Of a stretch of 64,000 nucleotides of DNA, positions 12,302 to 25,622 are shown piece by piece. Where the stretch lies: positions 30,938,001-31,002,000 of the forward strand of contig NC_043020.1 in assembly GCF_006345805.1 (NCBI RefSeq), in the 5' to 3' direction. Position numbers and translations under genes: made by a program. The notes beneath the pieces are model-generated. The model ran no database searches and had not been told where the DNA came from. It saw nothing but the letters and a program-made list of their open reading frames with translations. The first letter of the stretch is position 1. Each line of letters begins with the position of its first letter. The DNA is from Octopus sinensis (Eukaryota).

Positions 12302-12382
12302 GCCAGTCAGCAGTTTGACTTTAAGGGTAGAGCACTCCAACTTGATATTAGAGGGGTGTGAGTTCGATGCTCATGGCTGGTT
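12302..12382 (+). pseudogene. tRNA-like sequence (pseudogene or orphan SINE head)
   Basis: Acceptor stem GCCAGTC/GGCTGGT, T-arm GTGAG-TTCGATG-CTCAT, imperfect anticodon arm TCCAA-CTTGATA-TTAGA and 5-nt variable region. D-arm is broken and over-long. Confidence 0.35.
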
Positions 12383-12599
12383 GCAGGGAAATTTTTCTGC
12401 TTTTAAAAGGATTTTATCCTTTATATATACTGTTCAGTATTTACATGTTGAAAGAAATTTATCTTTCTACTTGTTCAACTTTTGGAGTGTCGTGAATTGA
12501 AAGATAGAAATTCTCCTTATATTTTTATGAGATATTTTTTGAACCGAGGGTACTTGATTTTTTTTTCCTTAAAGAGGAAAATTACTAATTTATTTAAAA

Positions 12600-13890
12600 C
12601 TAGCAGAGATACCCGGTATTGCCCGGTTACATTCAATTGAAGGATTAGACTTTTCTGTTACATTTTCTGTAATGAACTGGAATATCTGTTTCGAATTTCA
12701 TCAAAATTGCAGATGAGGGTTATTTCCCTCTTTACACACCCTAAAAAATTGTTATTGTGCCACATGTATCCCATACTACAGATTTTTATGCACATATTCC
12801 AAAATTCCATTGTTATTGAACCTGTTAAAAAGATTTTGGTCCTGAAAAATGAAGGTCATGGAGCTCTAAAATGTGAGAGTTAAGGCCCTTGTTGGGGGTG
12901 AGCATCTTAATGTCAACCAGAGAAGTTGAATTGTTGAGAATCTGTTTAACTTGGGTCTTATATCTATTTCTTTGAAATAGGAAATATATGTACACTGGGT
13001 TTGTAAAAGAGAGCAAAGCTACAGGAAACCTAAAGACGAATGATCACAATAAGCAATCAGTTACCCTAGTCGTTACCACTCCCAATGTAGTATTCCTCAC
13101 CATCCAGGTGACAGGCACAGCCATAAGATGCATTACAAATCTATAGCAATTGGAAGGGCGTGACCCAACTGAAATCAACATTAACTGTGTGACGTGAGGG
13201 CTAAGGAGAAATTAAAGTGTCACCTCTGGAGTTTGCAAATGACCACTATACTGATACGTAACTGGACAGAATAAATTTGCAATCTATAAATGTCTTTGAA
13301 TAACCAGTCACTCATCTGGGAAGGCCTTGAAATCAATGTTACTATCTGGGGACTATGTGTGACCGAGTGATAATAAAAAGACTGAAAGGAGGTCTGCAAT
13401 CAAATAAGTTTACTCAACACTTTGCAACTGAATCAGTGGAGGCAAAGATGCCTCTCATTTACTTGACAATTTATGCACCACATTGCAGAAATCACAATGT
13501 AAGTGTATGTCAAAGCAAACTGTTACACTGTTGTACCATTGAATTAGTAATAATGCCCAACTTTTATGCTCGGGTAAACCTACAGCTTCCAAGAGCACAA
13601 CTGTATTCGTTTTTGCTTAGATAAAGTAACAAAATTGTGGGTATTAAGTCCCCATGGAGGGGTCTTTCTAACTTGTAGGAAGATGAAATTTTATAAATAT
13701 TACTTCATTTGTGTCTAATATCTATGGTTAAAATTTCATCAACAGCAAAAATATATGAATTGTCATGGGGCTTATGGCCCTTATGCATAGAATATAATTT
13801 CCAAATTTCATAAAGATGCATTCAGTACTTTTGACCTAGTTTTGGATCATAAAAGAAATGACTAAAATTTGGGAGATATATATATATGTA
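12600..13890 (-). mobile_element. About 1.3-kb non-autonomous Helitron with unassigned internal sequence
   Basis: Left end ACTAGCAGAGATACCCGGTATTGCCCGG (CTAG + hairpin on the minus strand). Right end 'aaatttcataaagatgcattcag...gagat/gtagat' resembles the other Helitron 5' ends. The right boundary and the link between both ends are inferred. Confidence 0.6.
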
Positions 13891-14192
13891 GATAGATAGA
13901 TAGATATAGATATACACACACACACACATACAAAGATAAATTGAGTGGGCAAACAAAAATATGAGACAGCCTAGTGCTTTTTTGTATGTTGATAAACCTG
14001 GTACTTATTCTATTAGTTTGTTCTTGTGAAACCAGTAAGTTATGTGGATGTAAATAAATGAACAGCAGTTGTGAAGCAGTGATGAGGGAGAAACACAAAG
14101 ACACACACATAGACTTACATATATACATACATATATATATATATATATACGATTGATTTGTTTCAATTCCTGTCTACGAAATCCATATATAT

Positions 14193-16882
14193 TGTTGGTG
14201 GCATTCTTTTTGTCTCGGGAGACAATGGAGTTGCGCATAAAATCTAGTCCGGCTTTTACATTTCATGTCCTAAAATATCTTCCGCTGTGGCTGTGTAGTC
14301 CTATCCTGGACAAACACTTTCTCTGGCAGGTGCCGCAAATATAGCGAAGACTTTGCCTGGCTGGTTGTAATGTCATAGTTTCTTGTTGACGTCTTTTCTT
14401 GTCTTTCCATTTCTTCTCTCTCTTTGTCACTCCTTTGTATTCCCTCTTTTATGGTACGTGCCAATCTCCACGGTAGCTGGCAACTGCTTCCCAGTTGGTA
14501 ATATTGATGTTGCAGGCATTCGTGTCCCTTTTGCAAACATCCTTGTTTCATATGAACGGTCTTCCCACAGACGCAGTGCCCCTAGCAAGCTCTCTGTTGA
14601 GCATGTCCTTGGGGATTCTGCCATCTTCCATACGGCTAACATGTCCAAGCCATCTCATACGTGTTTGTGTGAGGAGTGCAAACATGCTTGGTATTCCTGC
14701 TTGCTTGAGGACATGATTCTGCCATTTGATGCGAAGGATTTTCCGGAGGCAGCGCAGGTGAAAGATATTTAGGCGACGCTCTTGGCGTGTGTATGGCGTC
14801 CAAGTCTCGCTTCCATACAGTAGAGTGCTAAGTACACATGCCTGGTAAATCTTCATTTTTGTGGTCTTGGTCAGCTTATTGTTGTCCCATGCCCGTTTGG
14901 AGAGTTGGGCCATCACAGCAGCTACCTTGCCAATGCGTATACTGAGCTCAGCATCAAGGGATAGGTTGTAGGTGACAGTAGAGCCAAGATAGGTAAACTT
15001 CTCCACCTCCTGTGGTCTCCAATATGTATGTTTGGGATGTCCGATGTAGCCTGACCCATGATGTTGGTCTTCTTGAGGCTGATAACTTAGCCAAAGTTGC
15101 CACATACTTGCTCAAAACAGTTGATGAGCCTTTGTAGGGCTTCTTCTGAGTGTGATACCAGAGCGGCATCATCAGTAAATAGCATCTCCTTGATCAGGCC
15201 GCTTCTCATTTTGGTCTTGGCACGCAGATGCAAGAGATTGAACAGTTTCCCATCACTTCTACTGTGCAGAAACACTCCATCATCTGATGTCTCTAAGGCA
15301 TGTGACAGCAGCAGCGAGAAGATGCCAAATAATGTAGGAGCAAGGACATAACCTTGCTTTATCCCATTTTTTATTTGGAAGGCGGCTGATGTTGAACCAT
15401 TGTGCTGTATGATGCCTTGCATATCATCATGGAAAGATTTGATGATCCTCAGCAGCTTTAGTGGACATTCGATTTTTTGGAGCAGGATGAAGAGGCCTTT
15501 TCTACTTACCAAGTCAAAGCCCTTTGTCAGATCAATGAAGGCCATATATAATGGCATTTTCTGCTCTCTGGACTTCTGAAGTTGGAGTATGGAGAATATC
15601 ATGCCAATAGTTGATCTGCTTCTTCTAAAGCCACACTGCGATTCTGGATAAATTCGAGAAGTAAGCAGTTGCAGCCTGGACAGGATAATGCAAGCAAAGG
15701 CCTTTCCAACAGTGCTTAGAAGAGATATTCCACGGTAATTGTTACAATCACCACGGTCACCTTTGTTTTTGTAAAGCATAATGATGTTAGCATCCTGCAC
15801 ATCCTGAGGGACTGTACCCTCTTCCCAGCACTGACACAGAAGCCCATGAAGGTGCCGAAGCAGGATGGTGTTTATGCTGGTTTTGATGATCTCTAAGAGG
15901 ATGCTGTCTTTTCCCGGAGCCTTGTTACTTGCTAGGGGAGTCAATAGCCTTGGTGAGCTCTGCTATAGATGGCAGACTGTCAAGTTCGCACATGACTGGC
16001 AAGATCTTGACACCCTCGATTGCAGCCTCAGCTACCGTGGTCTCTCGTGAGTAGAGATCCTGGTAGTACTCCACCCATCTATCCATTTGCTTGCTTTGGT
16101 CCTTGATGAGATCTCCAGTAGTTGATTTCAGAGGGGCTGACTTGGTTGCGGATGGACCAAGGGCCTTCTTCAAACAGGCATACATCCCACTGGTGTCGTC
16201 ACTGTCAGCAGCTGACTGGATACTCTGACAGATTTCCTGCCAATACCTATGTGCACAGTATCTGGCAGTCAGTTGGGTTTTATTTCTTGCCTTTCTGAGT
16301 TCTTCGACTGACTTTGTAGAAGAATCACTCATGTTGCATCAGAGCTGCACGCTTTGCTTCGATAACTGTTTCCAGCTCTGAACCAATCTGGGTTTTGCCT
16401 TTCTCTCATGCCGAAAGTATCTATTGATGTGGTATACAAAGCTTCCCTGATATTTCACCTACTTTCAGCAGAGGAGGTTGGGCAGCTACTGAGGGCAACC
16501 TTGATAGAAACACCAAAATATTGTTGCAGTATAGGGTCCGAGGTTCTGGCAGTGTTAATGTGTGGTCGGCCCATTTTCTTGGAGTGATGGACTTTTTTAG
16601 GCAGAATCCTCACCCTGCTTCATATTAGTGAATGATCTGTGTCGCAATCCGTGCTGTGGTAACAACAGATCAGTTGAACAGAATTCAGAAAGGATCTTCG
16701 TGTAACAATGAGATCAAGCTGATGCCAGTGGTGTGATCTTGGATGTCTCCAAGATGCCTTGTGGGATGTTTTGTTGGCAAAGAATGTGTTAGTGATTCAC
16801 AGGTTATGGTATGTGCAAAATTCAAGTAGTCTCTGACCATTGTCATTCATGTTGCCAATACCAAAACACATACAAATTTTAA
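14193..16882 (-). mobile_element. 5'-truncated RTE-clade (BovB-like) LINE with disrupted ORF
   Basis: APE C-terminal motif HWHQLDLIV...DCDTDHSL; RT motifs NYRGISLLS, PESQCGF, FIDLTKGFD, GIKQGYVLAPTLF, LFTDDAAL; FTYLGS, LLYGSETW, RWLGHVSRMEDGRIPK; C-terminal CxxC...SRIGLHSH; 3' end CCATTGTCTCCCGAGAC...GCCACCAACAA. Confidence 0.95.
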
Positions 16883-17039
16883 TTACATATATACATACAT
16901 ATATATACGATTGATTTGTTTAACTTTCTGTCTACGAAATCCATATATATATATGTATGTATACACACACACACACAAAGATAAATTGATAGATACAACT
17001 GAGTGGGCAAATAAAAATATGAGACACTGCGTAGTGCTT

Positions 17040-17370
17040 TTTTATATTTTGATAAGCCTGGTACTTATTCTATCAGTTTCTTTTTGTAAAACCAGTAAGT
17101 TGTGGGAATGTAAATAAACGAACATCAGTTGTGAAGCAGTGATGAGGGAGAAACACAAAGACATACACACACATAGACTTACATATATAGATACATATAC
17201 ATACAATTGATTTCTTTCAGCTTCTATCTACAAAATCCACTGACAAGGCTTTGGTTGGTCTCAGGCTATAGCAGAAGACACATGCCAAGTTACCACACAG
17301 TGGGACTGAACTGAGGACCATGTGTTTTGAAACCAAGTTTGTTACCACACAGCCACACCTGCACCTATGT
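17040..17370 (-). mobile_element. Family A SINE, near-complete
   Basis: Reverse complement of head and tail ('aatccactgacaaggctttggttgg...gggactgaactgaggaccatgtg...ttaccacacagccac'). Its tail part is duplicated at about 13990-14190. Confidence 0.75.
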
Positions 17371-17375
17371 ATGTA

Positions 17376-17407
<32 letters not shown>

Positions 17408-17613
17408 TGCATATATATATATGTGTACATATTACATGTATATCAATATATATATACATCTAGACATACATGTATATCTATAGAAATATAGCTATACATA
17501 TACATGTATACATATACAACTTTATATATACATGTATACATATACAGCTATATATATACATGTATACATATACAGCTATATATATACATTTTGTGTATAT
17601 GTATATATATATG

Positions 17614-17669
<56 letters not shown>

Positions 17670-17699
17670 TCCATATACATACAATAGAGAGATGTTTTT

Positions 17700-17913
17700 G
17701 TTTCACTTTTAACACGTAAGACTGGAATAGTGGAGAAGATATGATGTTGCTGTGGGCTCGCCCTAGGCAAGAAGTTAGAAATTTTTTTGCCCATGACACT
17801 ACACGGACCCTAAGTAAGGCATGTGTAAAATTTGAATGAAATTGGTTGTGTAGTTCTCAAGTTTTAGGGAAACACAGACAGACACATACATTCTCAGTTT
17901 TATATATTTTAGA
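17700..17913 (-). mobile_element. Helitron 5'-terminal fragment
   Basis: 'aaatttgaatgaaattggttgtgtagttctcaagttttagggaaacacagacagac...cagttttatatattttagat' is the same type of end as at 10200-10300 and 6680-6711. Confidence 0.6.
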
Positions 17914-17961
17914 TAAAATGTTAATCTTTATCACCTTAATCAAAAGGGCAGAAAAACAGAC

Positions 17962-18560
17962 AGAGAGACTATCTCTTTATAGACGAAGACCAGTTGCAAT
18001 GAGAAGAGTTGAATCTCATAAGAATGGAAAAACAAACAATAAATGGGCTGTATTTAATAATGAAACTTTTTTTAAGAGCATTCAAATGCCACTGCAATGT
18101 TGAAATTGTTGCCTCCGTGCGGTCAATTAAGTCATGAAGTACATGCTGAAAGGAAATGATCAAGCTGCTGTTCAAATAAACAATGAAATTAGTCAAATCT
18201 AACGGGTAGGTATATTGGACCATCTGAAGCAGTTGCATCCCTTTTAGGATTTTCAATTCAACGGCAATAGTGAGACTGCATGTTCATCTACTTGGTGAAC
18301 AAAGAATACTGCTCAGAAATAATGAGGATATATATATGGCTGTCAGTGCATCAATGATGACTGTGCAAAAACATTTATGCTGAAAGTAGCCATGTGATTC
18401 ACTTGGAAAAGTAGTAACAAAGAACGGCAAAGAAGAAAATGAGGAAAAAAAGTTGACGGTCATTTGAAAGTTTTCAAAGAAACACTTGGTTGTGTTTATG
18501 CCGTCACACCAAAGACAGGAGAACTGCATTATTTAAAAATTTTATTGAATGAAGTTCGAA
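17962..18560 (+). pseudogene. Helitron Rep/helicase gene remnant (region downstream of the Rep motifs)
   Basis: Frameshifted translation LYRRR...NNKWAVFN...FKCHCNVEIVASVRSIK..KYMLKGND...GRYIGPSEA...VRLHVHLLGEQR...FTW...LGCVYAVTPKTGELHYLKILLNEV follows the Helitron motif order YRRR / NxWVVPYN / HINVE / KY..KG.D / GRYI..EA / L.VHL / GR.Y.V.P..E.YYLR.LL. Confidence 0.85.
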
Positions 18561-20419
18561 ATAGTATTTTCTCCTTTCCCACCATGCATCACCATTTTCA
18601 ACTTGGAGTCGCTGCAACCCAATGGGTCACGGCAGGCACATTTTGTATGTATAACAGACTATGTTATTCAATGTGATCCCTTCACTTCAAGACAATAGGG
18701 TATAATAGGGATATTTGATTATTTCTAGCAGACTGAATGGGAGCCATGTAGTGGCTCCCGTTAATGGAGTGGGTAACCAAAATATCAGAGTGTCTAGCTT
18801 AGGCTCAGAGTTCAAATTCTACTCAAAATGTTTTATAAGATTTCTTCTGAATTTACATTCTGAATTGAAATTCCATCAAGTTTGACATTACCTTTCATCC
18901 TTTTGGGGTTGATGAAATAAATACCAGTCAAGCAATGGAGTTGATTTCATCAACTAGCCCCATCCCCACAGATTTTCAGGCCCTGTGCCTTTAATAGAAG
19001 AAAGAATTTTACTAGAGAGGTGACATAGGTAACTAAATGCTTTGTAGCATTTAGCCCTACGCGCTTGGCTTGAAATCCTGCAGATTGAGGGACTTAATTC
19101 AACAACAACACTCTTCCCACCAAATTTATGACTTTGTGCCAAAGTAAGAAATCTATGATTTTATTACTAACATTTCTATTTATTATTTCATCAAATACAA
19201 ATATTTGGTAGATGTTCAAGGGTTGGTTATTGGAACTACATCCTTGTCACCAGTCATGGAGAGGAGTAGCAGCAAAGGTCATAGATACTGCCCTTGTTTC
19301 TCTGACTACAGTTTTGGACAGTTCGATGAAGGCTAAACAGGCTGAAAATTTGAGGTCACTGTCAACACTATTCTTGTGAAGGGGAATAATGTGTATCTTT
19401 TATTTATTTTCTACTTATTTCAGTCATTAGACTGTGACCACACAGTGATTGGCCTAATTGAAGGTTTAGCCAGTACATAATTCTTCAAGTCTGGTACTTA
19501 TTTTATCAAATTCTGTTAATCAAAATACTAAGTTATGGGACATAAATGTAAACACCAACACCAACACACACACATTATCATCATCATCATCTACTTTTCT
19601 ATGTTTGCAGGAGACAGATGAAAACTGAGGCAGGTTTTTCTACAGCTGGAGACTCTTCCTGTCACCAACCCTCATTTGTTTCCAAGCAAGGTAATATTCT
19701 CCCATGACCAGAAGTTTTTTTTTTTTTTACAAGACTGGAAACAAACATCACTTGTATGACAGTGATGCTTGTTTAGAATTATCACATCATGTCAAAACAA
19801 GAGGACACACAAACACACATATGATGGGCTTCTTTCAGTTTCAATCTACCAAATCAACTCACAAGACATTAGTGAACCTGGAGCTATAGTAGAAGACAGT
19901 TGCCCAAAGTACCATACAAAGGGACTGAACCTGAGACCACATGATTGGGAAGCAAGCTTCTCCTATGCCATCTATACTATTTTTGTCTATTAAATTTCAC
20001 TTACAAAAACATTGGCCAATCCAAGTATACAGTAGAAGATGCTTGCCCAAAATGCCATGCAGCAGATGACAGCTGAATTCTTAAACATACAGCTACGACT
20101 GCATACATATATAAAAAAACATTTTCAACAGTTGTTATGAGATCTTAGTACTTTTGCCTTGCTGAGTAAGTCAAATAAGACAACAAAAGCACATACAGAG
20201 TTGTCAACATGGCTGGCAAAAATGAGACTCTTCTTATCCCTACCTATCTTTTGTCTTTAGCTTATTTCAGTCATTAGACTGTGGTCATGCTGGTCTCCGC
20301 CTTGAAGAAATTTCTTTAGTTGAATAAATCGACCCCCAGTACTTACATTGTTTGAGTCTGGTATTTACTCTATCGATTTCTTTTGCTGAACTGGTTGTCA
20401 AACAAACACATACATGCAG

Positions 20420-20485
<66 letters not shown>

Positions 20486-22230
20486 AATCCAAACCATAAC
20501 AAGCAAGAAAAAGTAACAATGCAAGGACGTGGTACAAGTACTGTGTTATTCACGTTTCTTGATCAGAAATATAAAAAAGAAGGGAAGACAGAGAAAGAAA
20601 ATCCCCAACGATACACACGTGGTCACATACATACACATACACAGACTGACACAATGGGTTCATTTTAGTTTCTGGCAACAAAAATTGACTCACAAGGTTT
20701 TTTGTCAGCCTAATTGCTATAGTAGAAGATACTTGCCGATGGTGCCACACAGTAAAACTGAGTTTGAATAAATAAATATATGTGTCTGTATGTGTGTGTG
20801 TAAGTGTATCATCATTTTATGGCTGTTTTTTATGCTGGAATGGGTTGGAGGACCATGTCTTGCACCAATGATTCAAGTTTCAGTGTAGTTTCTACATCTG
20901 GATGCTCTTCCTCAGATCAAACACTTTACAAACTACACTGAGTGCATTACTCAAGGCACTGTAGAGGTTATCCTGCAATCAGCAAGACTCATGAGCCGCT
21001 TCAAACTTTGTGTAGCCAATACTTGAATCAATTATCAAACAGAGTGTGCTGGGTGATTTTTGTAAGACACTTATACTTTACAGCTGCTCGAGAGAGCTCT
21101 TGTGATGGCTGGAACAGTGTTGAGGTGAAAGTAATGGATAAAACTGAGGAAAGGAAAGGATAAGAAGAAGAGTGATAGCGTCAAAGAGAGAAAGGTAAAG
21201 GAGACAAAGATGTTGAAGAGGTGAAGTGAGCAGGTGGATCCAGTGATGCCATACCTACATGGAGCTGATAGTTTGTCAGAGTCCAAGACAGTTCTCGTAG
21301 TTACAGAAGTGGTGCAAGAAAGACCAAACAAAGATAATGTTAGGGAAAAAGTAATAAGAGAGAAAGTGAAAAGTAGTTTCATGGGGCTTGTGAAAGAGAG
21401 GGAGATGGTGGAGAAGAGTGAGTAGAAGGGGATGCAGTATTAGCTCACATTGTACATAGATGGGTAAAGGGGTACATGGAGAAAGGATAAAATGATGGGG
21501 AGGAGCCAGAGTGTATCCTGAAGGTAAAATGTTCAAGAGGGTATAGAAACTGAAAAAAGGGGCCAGGGAAAGTAGGTTAAGGTCGCCTGAATGCAATTTA
21601 TCACCACTCAAACATCCTGATTCAAAAAGAAGAAAAGGTAGCAGGGTATAGGTGATGGAGACACAAAGTGGATATATTCAACATATACAAATCAAGTACT
21701 TTCCTCTCAATTAGGGTAGCATAGTATGGAAAGTAGAAGGGAAGATGAGCCGACAGAGAATGGAATAGATACAACAGATGAGAAAAAAGAAAAAAGACGG
21801 TAAGGGATGTGATGGTATAGAATGGGCAATAGATGGAGGAAATGTGTGCAGCGTACAATAGCCAAAGGAGATACATGCTCCATTACACTATTTCAACAAG
21901 TATTTCACCATCCTTGCCCATACATACACACACACACACACATATATAATGTATGTATATATAAATGTGTGTGTATGTGTGTAATCATCATCATTTTAAA
22001 GGTCACTTTTCCATGCTTGCAACAATTGGAGTTTACCAAGGCAGATTTTCTATAGCTTAATGCTCTTCCAATTGCCAACAGCACATGTTTCCAAACAAAG
22101 AAATATTCACCCATGGCCAGACATGACCTCACAGAATATTGAAAATAACTGTATATATATATTTATATTTATTATTATTATTTAATAATAATAATAATAT
22201 ATATATATATATATATATACATATATATAC

Positions 22231-22786
22231 GAGACTATAACCCGTGGCCTATGCCAGGAGCATAACCAGCCCGCTTATGCGTACCTTTTCCTTCTTTGGT
22301 CACTAAACTTTACTTGCGAAGACCTGATGAGACAAGTGAAATCAAAATCATTTTGATGACTGGCATCCATGCCAGCGGGGTGCAAAGAGCACCATATGAT
22401 TGTGATCATTGACAGAGTGGCTATTCGAGTATGATCGTTACCAGCGTCGCTTTACTGGCACTTATGCCTGTGCTAGTAGGATGCCATGAACACCATCCGA
22501 GCATGATCGTTGCCAGAGCAGCCAACTGGCTTCCGTACACATGGCACGTGTAAAATGATTCGAGTGAGGTCATTGCCAGTACCGCCTGACTGGCCCCCAT
22601 GCAGGTGGCACGTAAAAAGCCCCCACTACACTCTCGGAGTGGTTGGTGTCAGGAAGGGCATCCAGCTGTAGAAACTCTGCCAGATCAAGACTGGAGCCTG
22701 GTGCAGCCATCTGGTTGCCAGCCCCCTCAGTCAAAATCGTCCAACTCATGCTAACATGGAAACCGGATGTTAAATGAAGATGATGA
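22231..22786 (+). mobile_element. 3'-UTR-only copy of the RTE-X-like LINE
   Basis: Collinear with 30474-30986 from 'gagactataac' to the (GAT)n tail; inserted after a (TA)n tract. Confidence 0.85.
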
Positions 22787-23149
22787 TATATATATATATA
22801 TATATATATATGTTTTCTTAACAGTCTTTCTTTTTTATTTAATAAGTAGTGAGAATTCATCAAAAAATAGAAGGAACAGAAACAAACTGTTTAATAGTTG
22901 AGTGCATGAAAGAAAGTTTGTTTAGAATAACTCCATCCTCTTTCACTGAGAGAGAAAATCAAATCAAATATGATGTAGCTGTTAAGTTACTAAACTGAAC
23001 AATAGAGACTAGTGCTGTGAAAAATATTACTGAATATGTCAGACACATACAGTGAATCAAACGCATGGTCATCATCATTTAACATCCATCTTCCATGCAT
23101 GTATGGGTAGGTCATATCTGGAAAATGGACTTCATGAAACGACTGCAAC

Positions 23150-23900
23150 CTCCATTTCAAATGCATAGATGATCAACTAACAATGGAATACAGAATTCTA
23201 TATTTATGAACAAGAATGTTTGTTCCCTACCAACTACACAACAGTCATGATTCACATTTGGGTATTCAACAAATGCTCAGTAAAATTTCTCTTGAGTTCT
23301 GGTGGTCAAACATGGTTCAAGGTGTGACTACCTTCATTTCCAGCTGCGCTGCTTCTCAGCAGAATCAAAGTACAAAAGACTATTCAATAGCAATGTGGAA
23401 TAAGGATAGTCCTTGGGAATGTTTTCATATGGATTGGGCTTTCATGAACTGCATTGGCAATTTACTCACTGTTGTCAGTTCGTATTCCAACTATATCGAT
23501 GCCATCCGTTGCATCTCATCCAAAAAGAAAAATGTACCAAAGTGCTTGATGCGTCTCTTTGGTCTGTCTGGACTCTCAAAAGTTACCGTATCAGACAGTG
23601 CATCTGAATTTACAGTATTGAAAGGTTGGTTATCGACACCTACTGATCATCCACAGTCAAATGGGCGACCTGAGCAAGCTGTCCATACCATCAAACATGC
23701 TTTATTTGCATGGAATCCACTTGCTGACGACTGGTATCCCTATTTACTCAATCATCAATCTTCAAGAGGCAGGAAAGCTGCTTCTCCTGGGGAAAGATTA
23801 TTTGGAAGACCATTACATACCAGTTGCAATCCATGATCCACACCATTTACTAACGTCTGGTACAGCAACAAATGCATGAAGAAAGCAAGTCCTGTCACAT
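23150..23900 (+). pseudogene. Ty3/Gypsy LTR-retrotransposon integrase remnant
   Basis: ORF 23216-23836: H-x3-H-LG...WW..M...C zinc-binding region, PWECFHMDWA, SDSASEF, HPQSNGRPEQAVHTIK, SPGERLFGR. Catalytic residues are partly degenerate; no flanking LTRs recognised. Confidence 0.85.
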
Positions 23901-24284
23901 GTCTGGTACAGAAAGATGCAAATACTGCAATCATCACAAATGAAAATAAAAGCTGGATAGCTAGTTTCAACCAATTGCTCCCATTGACAGACAATTGTCA
24001 ACTTGTCCAGGTAGGAATCAACTTGAGGTTAGGCAATGAAAACTGTGGCCTCAAGGTAGAGAAACCTAAGCTTCAAACATACGGAATTGACAAGATGATG
24101 ATTAGAGTAAACTGGTGATGTAACAGAAAAAGAAACCCACCAAATTGACTTTCTTATTGATGTAGCAAACGTCATGCATTGAACTCCTAATGAATATATA
24201 ACAAATGCTGCATATATGCTTAAATAATTAAAAACTGCCAGTCACATGGCATGTATGAGTTTTACGTGGACATGTCCATTTTTT

Positions 24285-24319
<35 letters not shown>

Positions 24320-25000
24320 CAATTAAAATAAACAACGACACACAGTTGGTTCCAATGCTACAGGATCACAGTTGAAGTTGTTTCCCCTTCTCTGCTATTG
24401 ATTGTGCATCTGCTATGATGAGATAGAAATTTCTGTTTACAGCTATTAGAACTTCTTTCCTATACTGGTGCTTATGAAATAAGCAAATAACAAAACTTGA
24501 CACATTGGAATTAGAACTAGCAGCATAAAACACTGGAATGAATGCAACAAGGAATTTTTTCCAATGCTCTAATGATTCTGCCAGTCCAAAGCTCTCAATA
24601 ATAATAATCCTTTCTACTATAGGCACAAATCCTGAAATTTGGGAGAGGGGGATAATCAATAACATGGACCCCAGTGTTTCACTGGTATGTATTTTATTGA
24701 CCCTGAACACATGAAAGACAAAGTCGACCCTTGCGGAATTTGAACTCAGAACGTAAAGACGGACTAAGCATTTGCACATCCAATAATCAAGCCACTAAGT
24801 AGTCACTCAATCAGCTAGAAGCAGCAGTCAAATCTCTCTCTCAAATAATACCTCCTATCTTAAAAAGAGTATGACATGTTCACCAATGTAGTCCTAGATA
24901 TACAACAAAAGGAAGAGATCGATAGGAAAGTTATATCCGTAATACTTGGGAGTCATCACTAGTTGATCAGTGCTGACCTGGGGCTAAGCAACATCATACC

Positions 25001-25220
25001 TATTTCTTTATTACCCACAAGGGGCTAAACATAGAGGGGACAAACAAGGACAGACATAGATATTAAGTCGATTATATCGACCCCAGTGCATAACTGGTAC
25101 TTAATTTATCGACCCCGAAAGGATGAAAGGCAAAGTCGACCTCGGCGGGATTTGAACTCACGTAATGGCAGACGAAATACCGCTAAGCATTTCGCCCACC
25201 GTCCTAACGATTCTGCCAAC
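25001..25220 (-). mobile_element. tRNA-derived SINE (family B, Deu/Nin-like central block)
   Basis: 'tcgaccccgaaaggatgaaaggcaaagtcgacctcggcgggatttgaactc...aaataccgctaagcatttcgccc...aacgattctgcca'. Other copies near 18790, 24620, 53440 and 57640. Domain name from memory. Confidence 0.8.
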
Positions 25221-25622
25221 CACCAGTTTCAAGACTTTACTTTGTTTCAAAGATTCATGGGGTATCCTATCACACCATGTAGGCACCACGCCACCACCAT
25301 CACCATAAATCTGTTTTTGACTCCATCACATGCTTGTTAAATATTTGCCCTCTCCCCAAGCTAGAATTTCAGTCAAAAAATTTTAGCCAATCTTTTAAGG
25401 GACTGTGTCTGTCTGTCTCTCCCCTTTCCTTGAATTAGAGCAACTGCTGATGTGGGTAAGGGATATTGCCAAAGAGAAAAAAAAAGTGAAGTTTTTCTTT
25501 TACCTACACACCATCCATATGACCTACTTTGACAATTACAACACTGCTTCTTTCTTTCTTCCTTTCTCCCTCCTATTTTCTTCATTTCACTTCATTCTTT
25601 TCTATCCCGGGGGGGGGGGTTT

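Noticed and set aside
18725-18759. Perfect 8-bp hairpin GGGAGCCA/TGGCTCCC followed by CTAG on the minus strand (Helitron 3' end?)
   Set aside because: CTAG is followed by A rather than T, and the 'gctagaaatagcagccaaatc' context recurs as part of another dispersed repeat (about 4030, 24815, 26985).
21000-21860. Purine-rich 860-bp stretch, possibly an ancient retroelement
   Set aside because: No RT, endonuclease or GIY-YIG motif could be read in any frame, so I cannot support a call.
24366-24779. 137-aa minus-strand ORF
   Set aside because: It starts within a family B SINE and has no convincing splice donor or homology.
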